A stretch of DNA of 64,000 nt from Eledone cirrhosa (taxonomy: Eukaryota), in the NCBI GenBank assembly GCA_964016885.1, contig OZ024743.1:277574001-277638000 (forward strand), given 5' to 3'. This document shows, piece after piece, positions 15,774-28,946 of the stretch. The first letter of the stretch is position 1. Every line of letters begins with the position of its first letter. The position numbers were made by a program, and so were the translations under genes. A model generated the notes under the pieces. The model did no database searches. It was not told the origin of the DNA and saw only the letters and a list, made by a program, of their open reading frames with translations.

Positions 15774-15775
<2 letters not shown>
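15195..15775 (+). mobile_element. RTE-clade LINE 3' fragment with C-terminal C2H2 zinc fingers
   Basis: GEL..GKGPPHKPKKRYKDSLKASLK..WENIAADRNKWR, then CSVC..GLESHLRSH, CQTC..GLKRHAKVH and a third, frameshifted finger. Followed by (GT)n. Confidence 0.85.
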
Positions 15776-15806
<31 letters not shown>

Positions 15807-16061
15807 CTTATGTGTGTGCGTGTGTGTGTATATATATATATGTATATGTATATTATTATTGTTGTTGTCGTTATTATTATTGTTGTTATTGTTATTATTA
15901 TTATTATTGTTATTAATGTATGTGTGTGTGTATATGTGTGTGTGAGTGTGTGTGTGTATATGTGTATGTATATGTATATATATATATTTTTTTTTTTTCT
16001 TTTTTCTTTTTTTATTTATTTTTTTTATTTATTTATTTATTATTATTTTTTCTTTTTTTCT

Positions 16062-16101
16062 TTCTCCTCGTGCAATGGCCATGCTCGATAACGAGGGGGC
16101 A

Positions 16102-16107
<6 letters not shown>
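16062..16107 (+). mobile_element. RTE-type 3' terminal fragment
   Basis: tcgtgcaatggccatgctcgataacgagggggcagccatc resembles the 3' ends at 9235-9268 and 46865-46908. Confidence 0.55.
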
Positions 16108-16166
<59 letters not shown>

Positions 16167-16242
16167 CATATATGCATATATGTGTATGAGCGTAAAGTAT
16201 GAATATATATATATATATGTGTGTATGAATGCAGTATGTATG

Positions 16243-16315
<73 letters not shown>

Positions 16316-16689
16316 GACTCAGCTTTTAAACATAAGATTATGCTGATGATTAAACGTTAATTATTTGCATTTAATCACTTACAATTAAATATATTTATAA
16401 ATGGAAAGACATGTTCTGTTACAGTCTTAAATGATGTAAGATTAAGCATACTATCTATAATTAGCAATATGAAACTATTGTTTGTATGGACGCCATTTAT
16501 GTGGGAGAAAGACTTATTTTAATGTTAATATATATTCTGTTGAAGAAAGACAAACTATTATTATATATTTGATTATATGATCATAAGAACACTTGTGACG
16601 AGTACACACAAAATCATATTATCACAAACCCTCTCAAGAATCGTCGAACTGCGTTTGCTGAAATGTGTTTTTTAAGTTACTAATAAATT

Positions 16690-17700
16690 TGGATGCTAAA
16701 TAACTGCTATTAATCAGTCTGTGAGTGTACATTTTTCATGAAATTGGTGGCTATTCTATCATCCCTGATACTGATTTACGCAAAAACTACTGAAAAGAGT
16801 GGCGGATACATCACCAAGGTTTGATAGAAATGCTGCATGCAAATTCTTGTCAAACAACCAAGATCATATGAAGTAGTTTGTACTGGCGGAATTTTATGTG
16901 CGTAAAAAGTACATTTCTCTGAAAACTGACGTGGCCACAATCAGTTCGTTCAATAGCATAAGAATCGAACGTCTGGCAAAATAATCTTGTAGTCGGATGA
17001 GTCAAAATTTAATTTATTGCAGTCTCACCACCGAATATATCCGGCAACGTACAAAAGAATTTTACTTAGAGTGCGTAAATCTGACAGTTAAGCAATGTGA
17101 TACAGATGTCATTGTTTTGGGGGTTGAATGTCTGAAAAAGAGGCCAGCCTCATATGTTAGATTAACCCTTTAGCATTTACATTACTCTATATTTACTGTT
17201 GTATTTTCATGGTAAACACTTTATCTCTTATAATTATCTCATATAATACTGAATCTATGCGATTTTGATATTATTTATTTTGAGAACAATACATTAATAT
17301 AAGTATGAGCAGCCGGTTACAGCCAGTTTGAACAGAAAGAGGTGAGATAATTCTGGCCGGATTTGGCCGGTTTAAATGCTAAAGGGTTAAAGGTATCATC
17401 ATAGTACAGCCTATCTGGAGATGATATAGTATATGGAATCTTGGAGATTCAATATACCAAGAGTCACCTGGGCCGATAGAATATTTTTCAGCATGACAAC
17501 GGCCCGAAGACTACCGCAAGAATCATTAAGGTATTTATCGAAACCAAGAAACTTCAAGTACTGCAATAACCAGCGGAAAAATCGGATTTAAATTCGATAG
17601 ACAATCGTCGAATCGGGTCAAAATAGTTATTCAACAAAAGAAATTCAAGAAGTGATTAATAAATAATTAAAGATAGTGTCACCATCAAATTCTGTCTTGA
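16690..17700 (+). pseudogene. Decayed Tc1-like transposase remnant, split by a MITE (boundaries approximate)
   Basis: W..IIL*SDESKFNL (~16973-17020), IFQHDNGPKT (~17482) and PAEKSDLNSIDN (~17569) match Tc1 DD34E motifs. Confidence 0.7.
17166..17386. mobile_element. piggyBac-type MITE
   Basis: TTAA duplication at 17162-17165 / 17387-17390. TIR CCCTTTAGCATTTA / TAAATGCTAAAGGG. Copies at 28621-28809 and 29355-29558. Confidence 0.85.
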
Positions 17701-19279
17701 GAAAATTCAGCTACCTGACGAAGTATTAATATCGTAAGATTGTATTCATCTCCATCTTGAATCACATACTATTACGTGGGAAAAACTTTACATGTTTTAA
17801 AATTCTTAAATTAAGTGTGGTTCAATTTCGTGGAGTTATTCATAGTCGAAATTTAATTGGGCTAATTAAAATAGTTGTGTTTAATCTTACAGCATTTAAA
17901 AGACTAAAAAACATTTCTTTCTATTTAGGTATTGTTTGAATAACAATTCATAAAATAAATGGAAGTAATTAACGTTTATTAATCAATATACGCGAGCCTT
18001 TAAATTACATAATGCCACTACACACACACATGCACGCGTGTAAATATGAATAAACATTTCAAAGTTATACCAAAAATCTTTACACCACGATTAGCATGAA
18101 GGCTCAATAAAATTGGAAACAACATTTACACACCAATTTCTTTGAAATTAACGAAGGTTCATCACTATTTATTTTATTCATGTTCGAGAATTTTATTGAA
18201 AAATTCATTCTTGTGTTTATTCAGTAATAGAAATTAAAGAAATTAAAGAAATATAAGCAGTATCTTAAATTAGTTCCACTCATTATTTGGAGTTCTGTTT
18301 CGTCCTCAACGTTTGACATTGGTCTGTTACGTTATACTGTGTAACAAATATCACTGTTTAGTTAAATACTGTTTACTATTCTAAACATTTTATTTAGTTC
18401 AATATCATTTTTACTAAATTCCTCAAAAACAGTATTAAGAGATTACATTTTTATATTCGTTTCTTATAATGACAACATTTATGTGTGAATACGATTCTGT
18501 ATTTGCAGCGAATATTGCTGCACTTTATTACGCGAGTCCACATGCTGAAACGTTTTCCATTTAGCAGAAATATGAAAATACTTATTTTTAAAGATTCCCA
18601 ATTGTGACATATTCGCACAATGAGAACAGGCAAAATGTCTGTTTTCAACGATAAATCTATCATATGTTTTAAAGAAAATGTTGTACTTGTTCGGTATTCC
18701 AACACATGGGCTATAAATTTACATTTTCAGAACCATTAAAAAAGTCTCTTTCATTGGAACTGAAGACGAATATTTAGATTTTTTTTTTTTTGTGCAGTAT
18801 TAGAATTATTAGTAACAAATATTATCAATTCAAGCTTTCGTAGGTCGAGTGAAAATGAGAAAATGAAATAAAATAATAATAGTCGAATGGATGCTTTGTG
18901 ATTTGATACCTCGAGGGAAAGCTAAATAGGTGTGAAGGGGAGAGTGACTAAGGAGTTGAGAAGAAAGAATGAGATGGGTAATAAAGTTGAACGGGAAGAT
19001 AGATAGGCACATTTCTTCAAAGAATTGCATATAGAGATACAGCTAAGATGACAAATTATGATAATGGGGTAAATGAAAATTGACAGGAAGGTGGTTAGGA
19101 ACAATAATTCGAAAAAGTACATGTATTGTTACGGTTACCGTAACAGTTTAGTGTACTGTGGGCTCGGCTCCGATGGAAGGGGCGTACAGTATATGTATAG
19201 AGAGAAAGTTTGAAGTGAGAACATATATGCAAACACACAATTTTACCTATACATATACAGAGTAGCGCAATAGAGTATA

Positions 19280-19351
<72 letters not shown>

Positions 19352-19389
19352 AATTCACAAGAATCAAAGTTATGTTTAAAACATTTATT

Positions 19390-19436
19390 CGCTGACAATT
19401 GTTTCTTTCAAACCTAGGCTTGGATTCTTCGGAGCA
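19390..19436 (-). ncRNA. Minimal type I hammerhead with CCGAAGA core
   Basis: TGCT-CCGAAGA-stem II-GAAA-CAATTG-TC^AGCG. Related to 63927-63973. Confidence 0.6.
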
Positions 19437-19929
19437 TTTTTAATGTTTGTACATATAATTGAGCTCCTACTCAACCGAAGAAACATACAGATACATATAT
19501 ATATATTGATGTTGTGTACAACAGTTTCATGTTTACAGTGTGGAATTGATGCGACATATATTATATTATACTATATTTGTACAATAATTCAAATTAAGAT
19601 TAAAATCAAAATTAAATTTAAAAACAAGATTAAAAGCATAGGTTGGAATATATGCGACAGATAATACAGATAATACAAGAGAATAGTCTAATAATTAAAT
19701 TAAAGAGATAGTATATACGTTAGTCATATATAAAGGGATGGAACAAGCAAATGTATCATGTATATATGAGTACTGTATGGTATTACATGAAATACAAGTA
19801 CTTTAAGCGAATATGGGTAATATACCAAATCTCTTTTTACAGGTTGAAGATTCGAGCCGCTACAGCAATTTAAACACTACTCGTCACACACGTTTTGTCA
19901 CAGCTGTCTGGTTTCACAATGCAGTCGGG

Positions 19930-20460
19930 ACGTGGGGACAACTTAGAAACTCAATATGCAAACAATTTCGTTTCAAGCTCGGCAAAAACGCTGCAGAAAC
20001 CTATGAAATGGTCAAAACTGCTTACAGACTACCTTTCATGGGCTGGGCGACAGTTTTCTGCTGGCACAAGTGGTTCCAGGAGGGCAGCTCCACTGGGAAG
20101 CTCATCGTGATCCCATTCTTCGACAGTAATGGCATCACATACATATACTGGGTCCCCCCATGCCCATCGACACACAGTCAACAAAGACAACTATGTGGAG
20201 GTTTTGAGGTAGTTCAGAATGAGATTACATCGCAAGAGACCAGAACATATCCCCATGCGACTTCTGGATGTTTCCAAAACTGAAGTTGAAGCTGTTGGGT
20301 ATTCGTTTTGAGGATCTGGAGGAGATAAAGGAGGCTGGGACTAGCGACCTGGACACCTTAACTTTGGCAGACTACACGGAGGGCCTCCGGAAGTGGCTGG
20401 CGCGCTAGAACAAGTGCATTGAAGATGGAGGATCTTACTTTGAGGGAGATCAGAGTGTTC
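19930..20460 (+). pseudogene. Internally deleted mariner transposase remnant
   Basis: FKLGKNAAETYEMVKTAY..VFCWHKWFQEG, FFDSNGI, DFWMFPKLK and C-terminal KCIEDGGSYFEG. Confidence 0.85.
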
Positions 20461-20591
20461 TGTTGATCTGAGTTAAAATATAAATGTAGGTGTTTGTACT
20501 TATATGTATGTATATGAATTTATGTGTATATATATATATATATGTGCGTATGTATGTACGTGAGTATATATTATTTATATATATATATATA

Positions 20592-20805
20592 ACAAAGAAA
20601 GTGTGGTAAGAAACTAGGTGGACCATAACGCGCCAGAGTATTCGATACTTAGGGTAGTAGAGTGGGTAATAGGAAAAGAGCCAGGACCCCGGCGGCTGAG
20701 CTCCGGCCGTTCCGACAACTAGATCCGAACAGCTAGATCCGTTCGGATCTAGCTGTCGAAACGACCGGAGCTCAGCCGTCAGGGTCCTGACTCTTTTCCT
20801 ATATA
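20592..20805. mobile_element. PLE-like fold-back insert, family F
   Basis: Palindrome 20669-20802. Related to 39801-39936 and 44606-44815. In (TA)n. Confidence 0.65.
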
Positions 20806-20839
20806 TATTATCCTCTTCCATTATTTGTCATTATTTCTC

Positions 20840-21012
20840 ATCGGTAGAGAGTCGGACATCGTTTTGAAGCATAGAGTTACGTCCCTTTACGGTCTGAGTT
20901 CAAATCTCGCCGAGGTTAACTTTGCCTTTCATCCTTACGAGGTCGATAAAATAAAGTACCAGTAATACACTGGGTAATTGCTGGCCTTGTGCCAAATGTA
21001 GAAACAATTATT
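20840..21012 (+). mobile_element. tRNA-derived SINE copy
   Basis: Same core as 2094-2311. Confidence 0.85.
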
Positions 21013-21179
21013 ATTTTACTTTTTACTTATTTATTATCCTTTTCATACATAATTCCGTAATATGTGCGTGTATGCGCAGGAACGTATGTCAGCATTTATA
21101 TATGCATTCTTACTTGCATACATGTATACATGTAGGCATGTATGCATACATATATATAAAATTTGTCCAGCGATACAAA

Positions 21180-21592
21180 CGAACAAATAATTAGAACACA
21201 ATAAGCCTAACCTGATGGTTTTTGACAAGGAAAAAAGATCTTGTTTGATTATAGATTTAGCTTGCCCCGTTGACACAAGAGTGCAAGAAAAGGAGGATGA
21301 GAAAATTAATCAGTACCAGGATTTAAAGTGGGAACTGAAAAGGATTTCGGACTGTCACGAGATCAAGTCGTCTCCATCGTCCTAGGTACTATCTCGAAAA
21401 GCTTCCAAGATTGGTTAAAGAAAATTAGCCCTGCCCCCTTTTCCGGAACACCGCAGAAGACATGTCTACTGGGAACAGCAAGAAATCTTTAATATGTCCT
21501 GAAAATTTGAGGCTGCAGGTAGCCGCTTGATGTTTATTAGGTCAAATTTTCCAGTTAAATAACAGCAACGACTGAGATATCAAAGTAATAAT
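21180..21592 (+). mobile_element. R4/Dong-like family 3, decayed RLE 3' end
   Basis: Hand translation EHNKPNLMVFDKEKRSCLIIDLACPVDTRVQEKEDEKINQYQDLKWELKRI and QKTCLLGTAR. Ends in TAATAATA. Confidence 0.8.
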
Positions 21593-21730
21593 ATTAAGTG
21601 TGTTCATATATATTATACATCCATTAACGCGAAAACTAATTATTATCGCGGCCTCTGAACTAATTTCGTTTTGCTATCTGATGTTTACACTTCTCTCTGT
21701 GTATATCATTTAACCAACGAATATTCTTCT

Positions 21731-21933
21731 AATAATTGTTTCTACTTTTGGCACTAATAATTGTTTCTACTTTAGGCACAGGGCCAGCAATTACCCAGTG
21801 CATTACTGGTACTTATTTTATCGACCCCGTAAGGATGAAAGGCAAATTCAACCTCGGCGGGATTTGAAATCAGATCGTAAAGGGACGTAACTATGCTGGA
21901 AAGCATGGCGTCCGACCCCTACCGATACTGCCA
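21731..21933 (-). mobile_element. tRNA-derived SINE copy with duplicated tail
   Basis: Reverse complement of the SINE core. taataattgtttctacttt(t/a)ggcac occurs twice. Confidence 0.85.
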
Positions 21934-22232
21934 TGACAAGAAATAACAATAGTATTATTAATGATAATGATGTACAGACTTGCATCTCAACCTAAAAACT
22001 CAATCTTTTACTGCTTTGCACATAAAACCTGTTTCGCGTACGTTCTTCCTCAGGTACTTGCCAATGTCCAACATTTGATACTGTGTGTGTTCTTAAGATT
22101 TTATTTGGTTAAATGTTATCCCTTTTTATAATTTCTGATTTTATGCGGATGTTATATGTATTGTTTTGTGTAAATTGCTAATTAACTGTTTCTGATTCAC
22201 TTATGGATTTAAGTTATTAAAATTGTGTTTTT

Positions 22233-22317
<85 letters not shown>

Positions 22318-22911
22318 TGTGTGAGAGAGAGACATATACATATATATATACTTACACAAACACATACAAACACACACATACATATATATATATGAGTGTG
22401 TGTAAACATTAGTTGAAAAGGTTTCAAGCGATGGAGGCACTGAGATAGATAGATAGATAGAGAGAGTGGGGAGAAGAGACAAGGTAGTACCATGTACAGT
22501 ATATAAGGCTAGCCCACGCAACAGAACCAACATGTACGTTGGTCTGACGCTGGTAGCGAGACAGAGACAGAGAGAGGATAAGAGAAGACGGGTAGAGAAA
22601 GGCGAGAATGAGATCGATGAAGCAAAATATTTTGGAGAATTGCAAAGAATGTAAACTAAAGAGAAATACATCGTGATAACCTGCTCGATACGGACATGTC
22701 CAACAGCTCTCTTCTCTTGACTTGTTTATTTCACCTATACCAGTGCTAGGCCAACAGACATTTTGGTTCATATAGTAAGGTGTATTATTGGTTGTGTCAT
22801 ACGGTCCAATAAACTTTTGTTAGCAATATTAAGTTCTCCACGCTTTTGTATATCCCCTATTCCATTTATGGGAACAGCTAGATGATGTAAATGGAATATT
22901 CGTATCAAAAT

Positions 22912-23250
22912 AAAGATCCGAAGGCATGGTATAAATTTCCAATCATTTTAATCACGACACATGTTTCAATAAAAGATAGATCGATCGTGCGGCCATGATC
23001 GATTATCACTGATCTCGTCAGGTGAAAATGAATTGTCTTCAAATCCTTGATATGATGGAGGAAATTTAACGATGTTCACTCACTAGAGTTTTGTATCCCA
23101 AAATGTTCTCCTTCATATCAAGGATTTGAAGACAATTCATTTTCACCTGACGAGATCAGTGACAATCGATCATGGCCGCACGATCGATGTATCTCTTATT
23201 GAAACATGTGTCGTGATTAAAATGATTGGAAATTTATACTATGCCTGCGG

Positions 23251-23256
<6 letters not shown>
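22912..23256. mobile_element. PLE pseudo-LTR fold-back (149-bp arms, 47-bp spacer)
   Basis: Arms 22912-23060 / 23108-23256 with few mismatches. Each arm carries an HHR. Confidence 0.8.
23143..23216 (+). ncRNA. Minimal type I hammerhead with long stem II; mirror copy 22952-23025 (-)
   Basis: TCAC-CTGACGA-(..ATCGATC..GATCGAT..)-GAAA-CATGTG-TC^GTGA. Confidence 0.75.
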
Positions 23257-23293
<37 letters not shown>

Positions 23294-23397
23294 AGGGCGG
23301 GTAAAATTCCCGAGATCCATGGATCCATGGTTTTAAGGAAAATTCCGAGAATGACCGGGACCGCGATTGCCGGGGGTACACTGTATATATACATATA

Positions 23398-23443
<46 letters not shown>

Positions 23444-23457
23444 CATATGTATATATA

Positions 23458-23769
23458 CAGTCTACCCCCGGCAATCCCGGTCCCGGTCATTCTCGGAATT
23501 TTCCTTAAAACCTAACTAATAATTGTTCGTGGAAACCACCGCATATTCGCGAATTTTCGTGAATTCCTGAATTTTTATGTGTTTTTCGCGGCAATATATA
23601 TATTTTTATGCTTTTTAACTCTAAATTATTAATAACAATATACCGTATTTACCGGTCTATATCTTACGTTATGTTTTCACGTACAGAGGCTTTTTTATGG
23701 ACCACCTCCAATATTTGCGGTTTTTCACACTTCGGAACGTAACCCCCCATGAATACCAGGGGACAACTG
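23458..23769. mobile_element. Tigger/pogo-type MITE, with an inverted partial copy at 23329-23383
   Basis: TA-flanked imperfect TIR CAGTCTACCCCCGGCAATC / GAATACCAGGGGACAACTG. Confidence 0.65.
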
Positions 23770-24377
23770 TATATATATATATATATATATATGGTATACA
23801 GAAGTATATAGGTTTCAACAATAACACTCAGCCGCCATATTTACTTTAGCTATCTCGTGTTGTAGGCATATGTGATCTGGTGTTGACAAGCACATATCAA
23901 AATTCCACACTTACCAAGCTCCAACCTAATCAGCGTTTCCTGAACCAAATTTCCAAACTTAATAATGGTGATGACGCTGTTTACTGAAGCTTGTTTCAAT
24001 GAAATTCCTATCATATCGTTTCAGCAAATCGTATTATTAAATGTTATTTAGGGCAATATTGGGGCGGTAGAAGTTGTAGAGTGCTGGACTAAATGTCTTG
24101 CAGTGAGTAGTATTTCAGTTCAAATTCAGCTAAAGTTGATTATATATTTAGTTAACAATGAGGTTTATAAAATAGTGACAGGAAATAAATTCTCAATATA
24201 TATATATATATTCTACTTAGGAATACGGCAGTGACTTCGACGTTTCAGCTTAATAACAAAATAGTTGACTTTTCTACTTAGAAAATATATTTCTATACCG
24301 TACTTGCCAGTGGTGAGTGTTCATTCCGTGAATGTTTGAATGTTTTAAGTGCTACTGTATTTTAAACGCGTATTCTA

Positions 24378-24575
<198 letters not shown>

Positions 24576-24674
24576 AGTTATTCCGGGTTGAATCGGAGGT
24601 AACCACAGTAAGTAAGGTATTCAATACATAGCAGAGTATAACAGTTTTAATATAGATAACATTCTATAGGAAGC

Positions 24675-24723
24675 GATTCCTGATGATTTCTCAAGAATGA
24701 AACAGTTCTAGTCCTGTAGAATC
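24675..24723 (+). ncRNA. Type I hammerhead ribozyme (family E)
   Basis: GATTC-CTGATGA-tTTC tcaa GAAt-GAAA-CAG ttctagtc CTG-TA^GAATC. Canonical core, GUA site. Bracketed by IR 24643-24657 / 24726-24740. Confidence 0.85.
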
Positions 24724-24904
24724 TCATCTATATTAAAACTATATATATATATATATATATAGTGCAAATTTATACGGGAACAAAACAGAGAGGCAGACAA
24801 ATAAATGGAATATTCAACTGATAAGGTATATTTTACCCAAGGAATATTCAACTGATAAGGTATATTTTCCTTGGCTATGTCAAAATTTATAAAAACACTC
24901 TTTG

Positions 24905-24966
24905 TATTTTATCTGATGAAAGCGTACCAAAGTTTTTGGTATCCTTGAAATATATATAATAGAATA
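24905..24966 (+). ncRNA. Type I hammerhead ribozyme (family C relative)
   Basis: TATTTTAT-CTGATGA-AAGcGTACCAAA gtt TTTGGTATcCTT-GAAA-tatata-TA^ATAGAATA. Confidence 0.85.
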
Positions 24967-25050
24967 AATATGGTTTTATAAATATAATTTCCATTTATTT
25001 AATATCATTGTGTATATATATAAATGTATATATGTATATATATAAATATT

Positions 25051-25234
25051 ATCTGAGTTTTTCGAATATTAATAATATTCGATTTGTTTGCAATTATGCA
25101 AACAGCCTCTTTTTAGGCCATGTCAGTAGAATGAGCCCCTCATTCTTGCTCTTCTACTGACATGGCTTAAAAGGGTTTATTTGCATAATTGCAAACGAAT
25201 CGAATATTATTTTTAATATTCGAAAAACTCAGAT
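25051..25234. repeat. Fold-back inverted repeat (PLE pLTR-like); fragment also at ~42115-42160
   Basis: Arms ~25051-25136 / 25148-25234 with a few mismatches. No complete HHR found. Confidence 0.75.
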
Positions 25235-25290
25235 TACATTTATTGTATTCAGCCATGTAGAGCGATAGCTAGTTGTTAGTTATTTGTATG

Positions 25291-25517
<227 letters not shown>

Positions 25518-26589
25518 GCTGTCAACAGGAGGGCTGGGGATGCCGTGACTAATGATACGTAAACACGCACTAAGGCTACGGCACCTCCAGGTATTCCTCA
25601 CCGGTCAACCGGTGTGGGCCCTGTTTGTGAGTCGAGCCTTTCCCAGACTCGTCGAGCTGCAATCCTGGGTCAAGCAAAGACCGAGAAAACTGGGCGCCTG
25701 GCACACTGAGTGTGCCCAGGCGCTCACGGCTCTCTGGCAGGCGGACCCGGCTGTCAGTGGAGAATTCACCTCGTCATTCTATAGAGGGCTGGTGGTCAGC
25801 AGGTGCGACGACGTCCTCGGAGAAGCCCTAGGCATGGAGGAAGACGAACTGGCCAACCTGTTCGGTAGGACATTCAGCCCGGGACCCATGGATAACTTCC
25901 AGAGGTCCCTGGCCTGGCAGTGCTACCGAGGGGCTCTGCCCGTTCGAGAAAGGCTCTACAGACACGGGCGCCCGGGTAGGGACCCCTCGAAAAAGATCTG
26001 TCCCAGATGCGTGTGCGACGAGGAAACCGTTGCACACGCATTGGTACACTGTTCGGGCATTGCCGATCTGTGGGGCTATGTCGAACAACTGATGTCAAAG
26101 GTGGGACCGATCCGGTTGACCACCGAGTCTATAGTAACGATCAAGCCGCCTCCCCTCTTCAAAAACGAAGAATAGGCGGTGTTTCTGTGCGTAATATCCA
26201 TGGCGAAAGAGGTTGTATGGTGGACGCGTCTGAAAGGACTGAGGTCAGACACCTTTCTCTCTGGCCAACAACTGGTCCATTTCTTCCGATATCATTTCGG
26301 AAGAAAGATCAGGATGGAGAGAGAGGTGCTGCACCCCAGCCGTTTTTATGAAAGATGGGTGAAAGTGGCGAGAATGGCCCGGGTGAATGGGCCTTCACTC
26401 TACATCAGACTATAGGTGAGGAAGATGAAAGATCAAGGGAGCACCCCCTCTGTGCTCCTGAGGAGATTATTATTATTATTTTTATATTTTGTTATTGCCT
26501 CCTCCTTATTGAGGACGCCTTTTTATGTAAACTCCTCCCATTGTACTTGTCCCAATTGTTGATGCCCTGGTGGCAAATAAAAAGAAAGT
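25518..26589 (+). mobile_element. Tx1/L1-clade LINE 3' fragment (zf-RVT region) in (TATC)n
   Basis: FQRSLAWQCYRGALPVRERL..CPRC..EETVAHALVHC. In-frame stop at 26173. 3' UTR ends AATAAAAAGAAAG. (TATC)n on both sides. Confidence 0.85.
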
Positions 26590-26633
26590 TATCTATCAAT
26601 CTATCTATCTATATATCTATCTATCTATCTATA

Positions 26634-26686
<53 letters not shown>

Positions 26687-27430
26687 GGTGTAGAGGAGGA
26701 CGAACTGGCCAGTCTGTTCGGTAGGACATTCTGCCCGGGACCGATGGACAACTTCCAAAAGTCCCTGGCCTGGCAGTGCTACCGAGGAGCTCTACCAGTT
26801 CGAGACAAGCTCTACAGACACGGGCGCCCGGGCAGGGACCCTTCGAAAAAGATCTGTCCGAGATGCGTGCGCGACGAGGAAACCGTCGCGCACGCATTTG
26901 TAGACTGCCCGGGCGTTACCGACCTGCGGGGCTATGTAGAACGACTTTTGTCGCTGGTGGGACCAATCCAGTTGACCACCGAATCCATTGTCATGATCAA
27001 ACCGCCACCCTCCTTCAAAAACGAAGGAGAGGCGGTTTTCCTATGTGTTATGGCTATGGTGAAAGAGGTTATATGGTGGACGAGGTTAAAAGAGCTGAGG
27101 TCAGATACCTTTCTCTCCGGCGAACAACTGATTCGTTTTTTCAAATATCATTTTGGAAGAAGAATCAGGAGGGAGAGAGAGGTGCTGTACTCCAGCAAAT
27201 TTTAATAAAAGGTGGGTGAATGTGGCAAAGGTGGCCTGAGTGGTTGGGCCTTCTCTCTATATAAGTGTGTAGGTTGAGGAAAAAGAGGAAGAGAGGAAGA
27301 GAGGAGGGGAGTACTCACTCTTGGTGCTCCCGTAGATGAGGGCTGTACATTTTTTCGGGGTGTGTACAACCCCTGTGTAACGCCTCCCTCCTATTGGGGA
27401 TTTCAATTGTTATTTGTTATTTTATTAATA
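26687..27430 (+). mobile_element. Second, diverged Tx1/L1 3' fragment in the same (TATC)n tract
   Basis: ORF 26570-27205 is paralogous to 25552-26415. 3' UTR is cut by the PLE that follows. Confidence 0.85.
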
Positions 27431-28190
27431 GTTTTATTTAGCAAGACATACCCTTTTCAAAGACCCTCATGTATAGATAAGAAATGTATAACCTATAAAA
27501 TAAGCTCCCATATTAACTGTAAAAGTAAAAATGTAGTGTATAGCATAAGATGTACTGAATGACAATGTAGAGACAAAAATATAGTGTACATAGGTGAGAC
27601 AGCTCGTAGTGTAGGGGAACGGATAAATGAATACTGGCGAGACCTTCAAGATAGTAAAGAATCATATGTACTCTACCAACATGCTAAAATAGAACACAAG
27701 GGTAAATTAGAGAACATAGAAATAAAAATAGAATCTACACACAGAAAAGACGCAATGTTTAGTCAAATTACAGAGGCAATAAACATAAAAGAATTACAAC
27801 CAAAATTAAATAGAAAATATGAGTGGAACAGCAACATCACAACTTACAATTAAGGACAAAATGAAAACACACACACACATAGAACAAACAACCAACCAGT
27901 AACATGTAAATAAACAAATAAATAAATAAATGAACATAAACACACACAGACACCCGGATGTGGCGCATGCGCAGACTGAGCACACAACACACACACAGAA
28001 ACAAAATGGCGTAGGACAGAACAAAGGAGAGGCACAGAAACAAAGAAAGGAATCCTCAGTCACTGAAGAGGTCACAGAGTGTGTGACGAAATAACTATGA
28101 CTATATATAAACAACTATCTGGTTGTGGAACCAACCAACCAACCAGAAATTTATAAATTTATAAATTTATTATAAATTTATTATAATAAA
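27430..28190 (+). mobile_element. Penelope-like element 3' end: GIY-YIG endonuclease plus pLTR
   Basis: CKSKNVVYSIRCTE*QCRDKNIVYIGETARSVGERINE..H..H..EAINI..PKLN, then HHR at 28058. Confidence 0.85.
28058..28102 (+). ncRNA. Minimal type I hammerhead in PLE pLTR
   Basis: AGTCA-CTGAAGA-gGTCACA gagtg TGTGAC-GAAA-taac-TA^TGACT. Confidence 0.8.
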
Positions 28191-28342
28191 TTGAAGTGAA
28201 AGCAACTGGTGCGTGTTTTTTTTATTGGCAACATGACCCTCCCAAAGTATAACAATAGTTTTATTTTCATATATCTGTATGTAAACTCCCCATTTGTATT
28301 CGTCCCCTTCTTTTGTGTCCCTGTGGCTAATAAAGAAACATA

Positions 28343-28376
<34 letters not shown>

Positions 28377-28390
28377 CTTTTCTACATTCG

Positions 28391-28429
<39 letters not shown>

Positions 28430-28620
28430 CATATTTATACATATCGCAGTTGCGGGTAGGAAAGAATGTCATATGAAGAACATGGGTCATTTCGTTCAAA
28501 TAACATAAATAAGTTTCTAGACACTTTCATGGCGTATAATATAATTGTGTTGATAAAACTAATGTTTGTTTTTTTTTTAAATTATGAGGATTCAACGGCA
28601 GAAATATTTAACTGCTTTAA

Positions 28621-28809
28621 CCCTTTAGCATTCATATTATTTTATATTTACTATTATATTTTCATGGTAAAGGCCTTATCGCACATAATTATCTCACATA
28701 ATATCGAATTTATGAGATTTTGAAAGTATTGAGCGTCCAGTTACAGCTAGCTTCAACAGAAAGAGTTAGAGAATTGTGGCCGGTTTTGGCCGGTTTGAAC
28801 ACTAAAGGG
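28621..28809. mobile_element. piggyBac-type MITE copy
   Basis: TTAA on both sides, CCCTTTAG...CTAAAGGG termini. Confidence 0.85.
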
Positions 28810-28902
28810 TTAAAGCTGCCTCATTTTTGTTTCCTAATTATAAGGAGTTCTACGTGCCATTCCTAGTCTGCCATGCCTTACACGGACGTCTAAGCTGCTT
28901 AC

Positions 28903-28942
<40 letters not shown>

Positions 28943-28946
<4 letters not shown>

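Noticed and set aside
16335-16378. CTGATGA inside an AT-rich hairpin
   Set aside because: No GAAA or stem III follows.
23329-23512. Inverted repeat as another PLE fold-back
   Set aside because: Better explained by two TA-flanked Tigger-type MITE ends back to back; no HHR.
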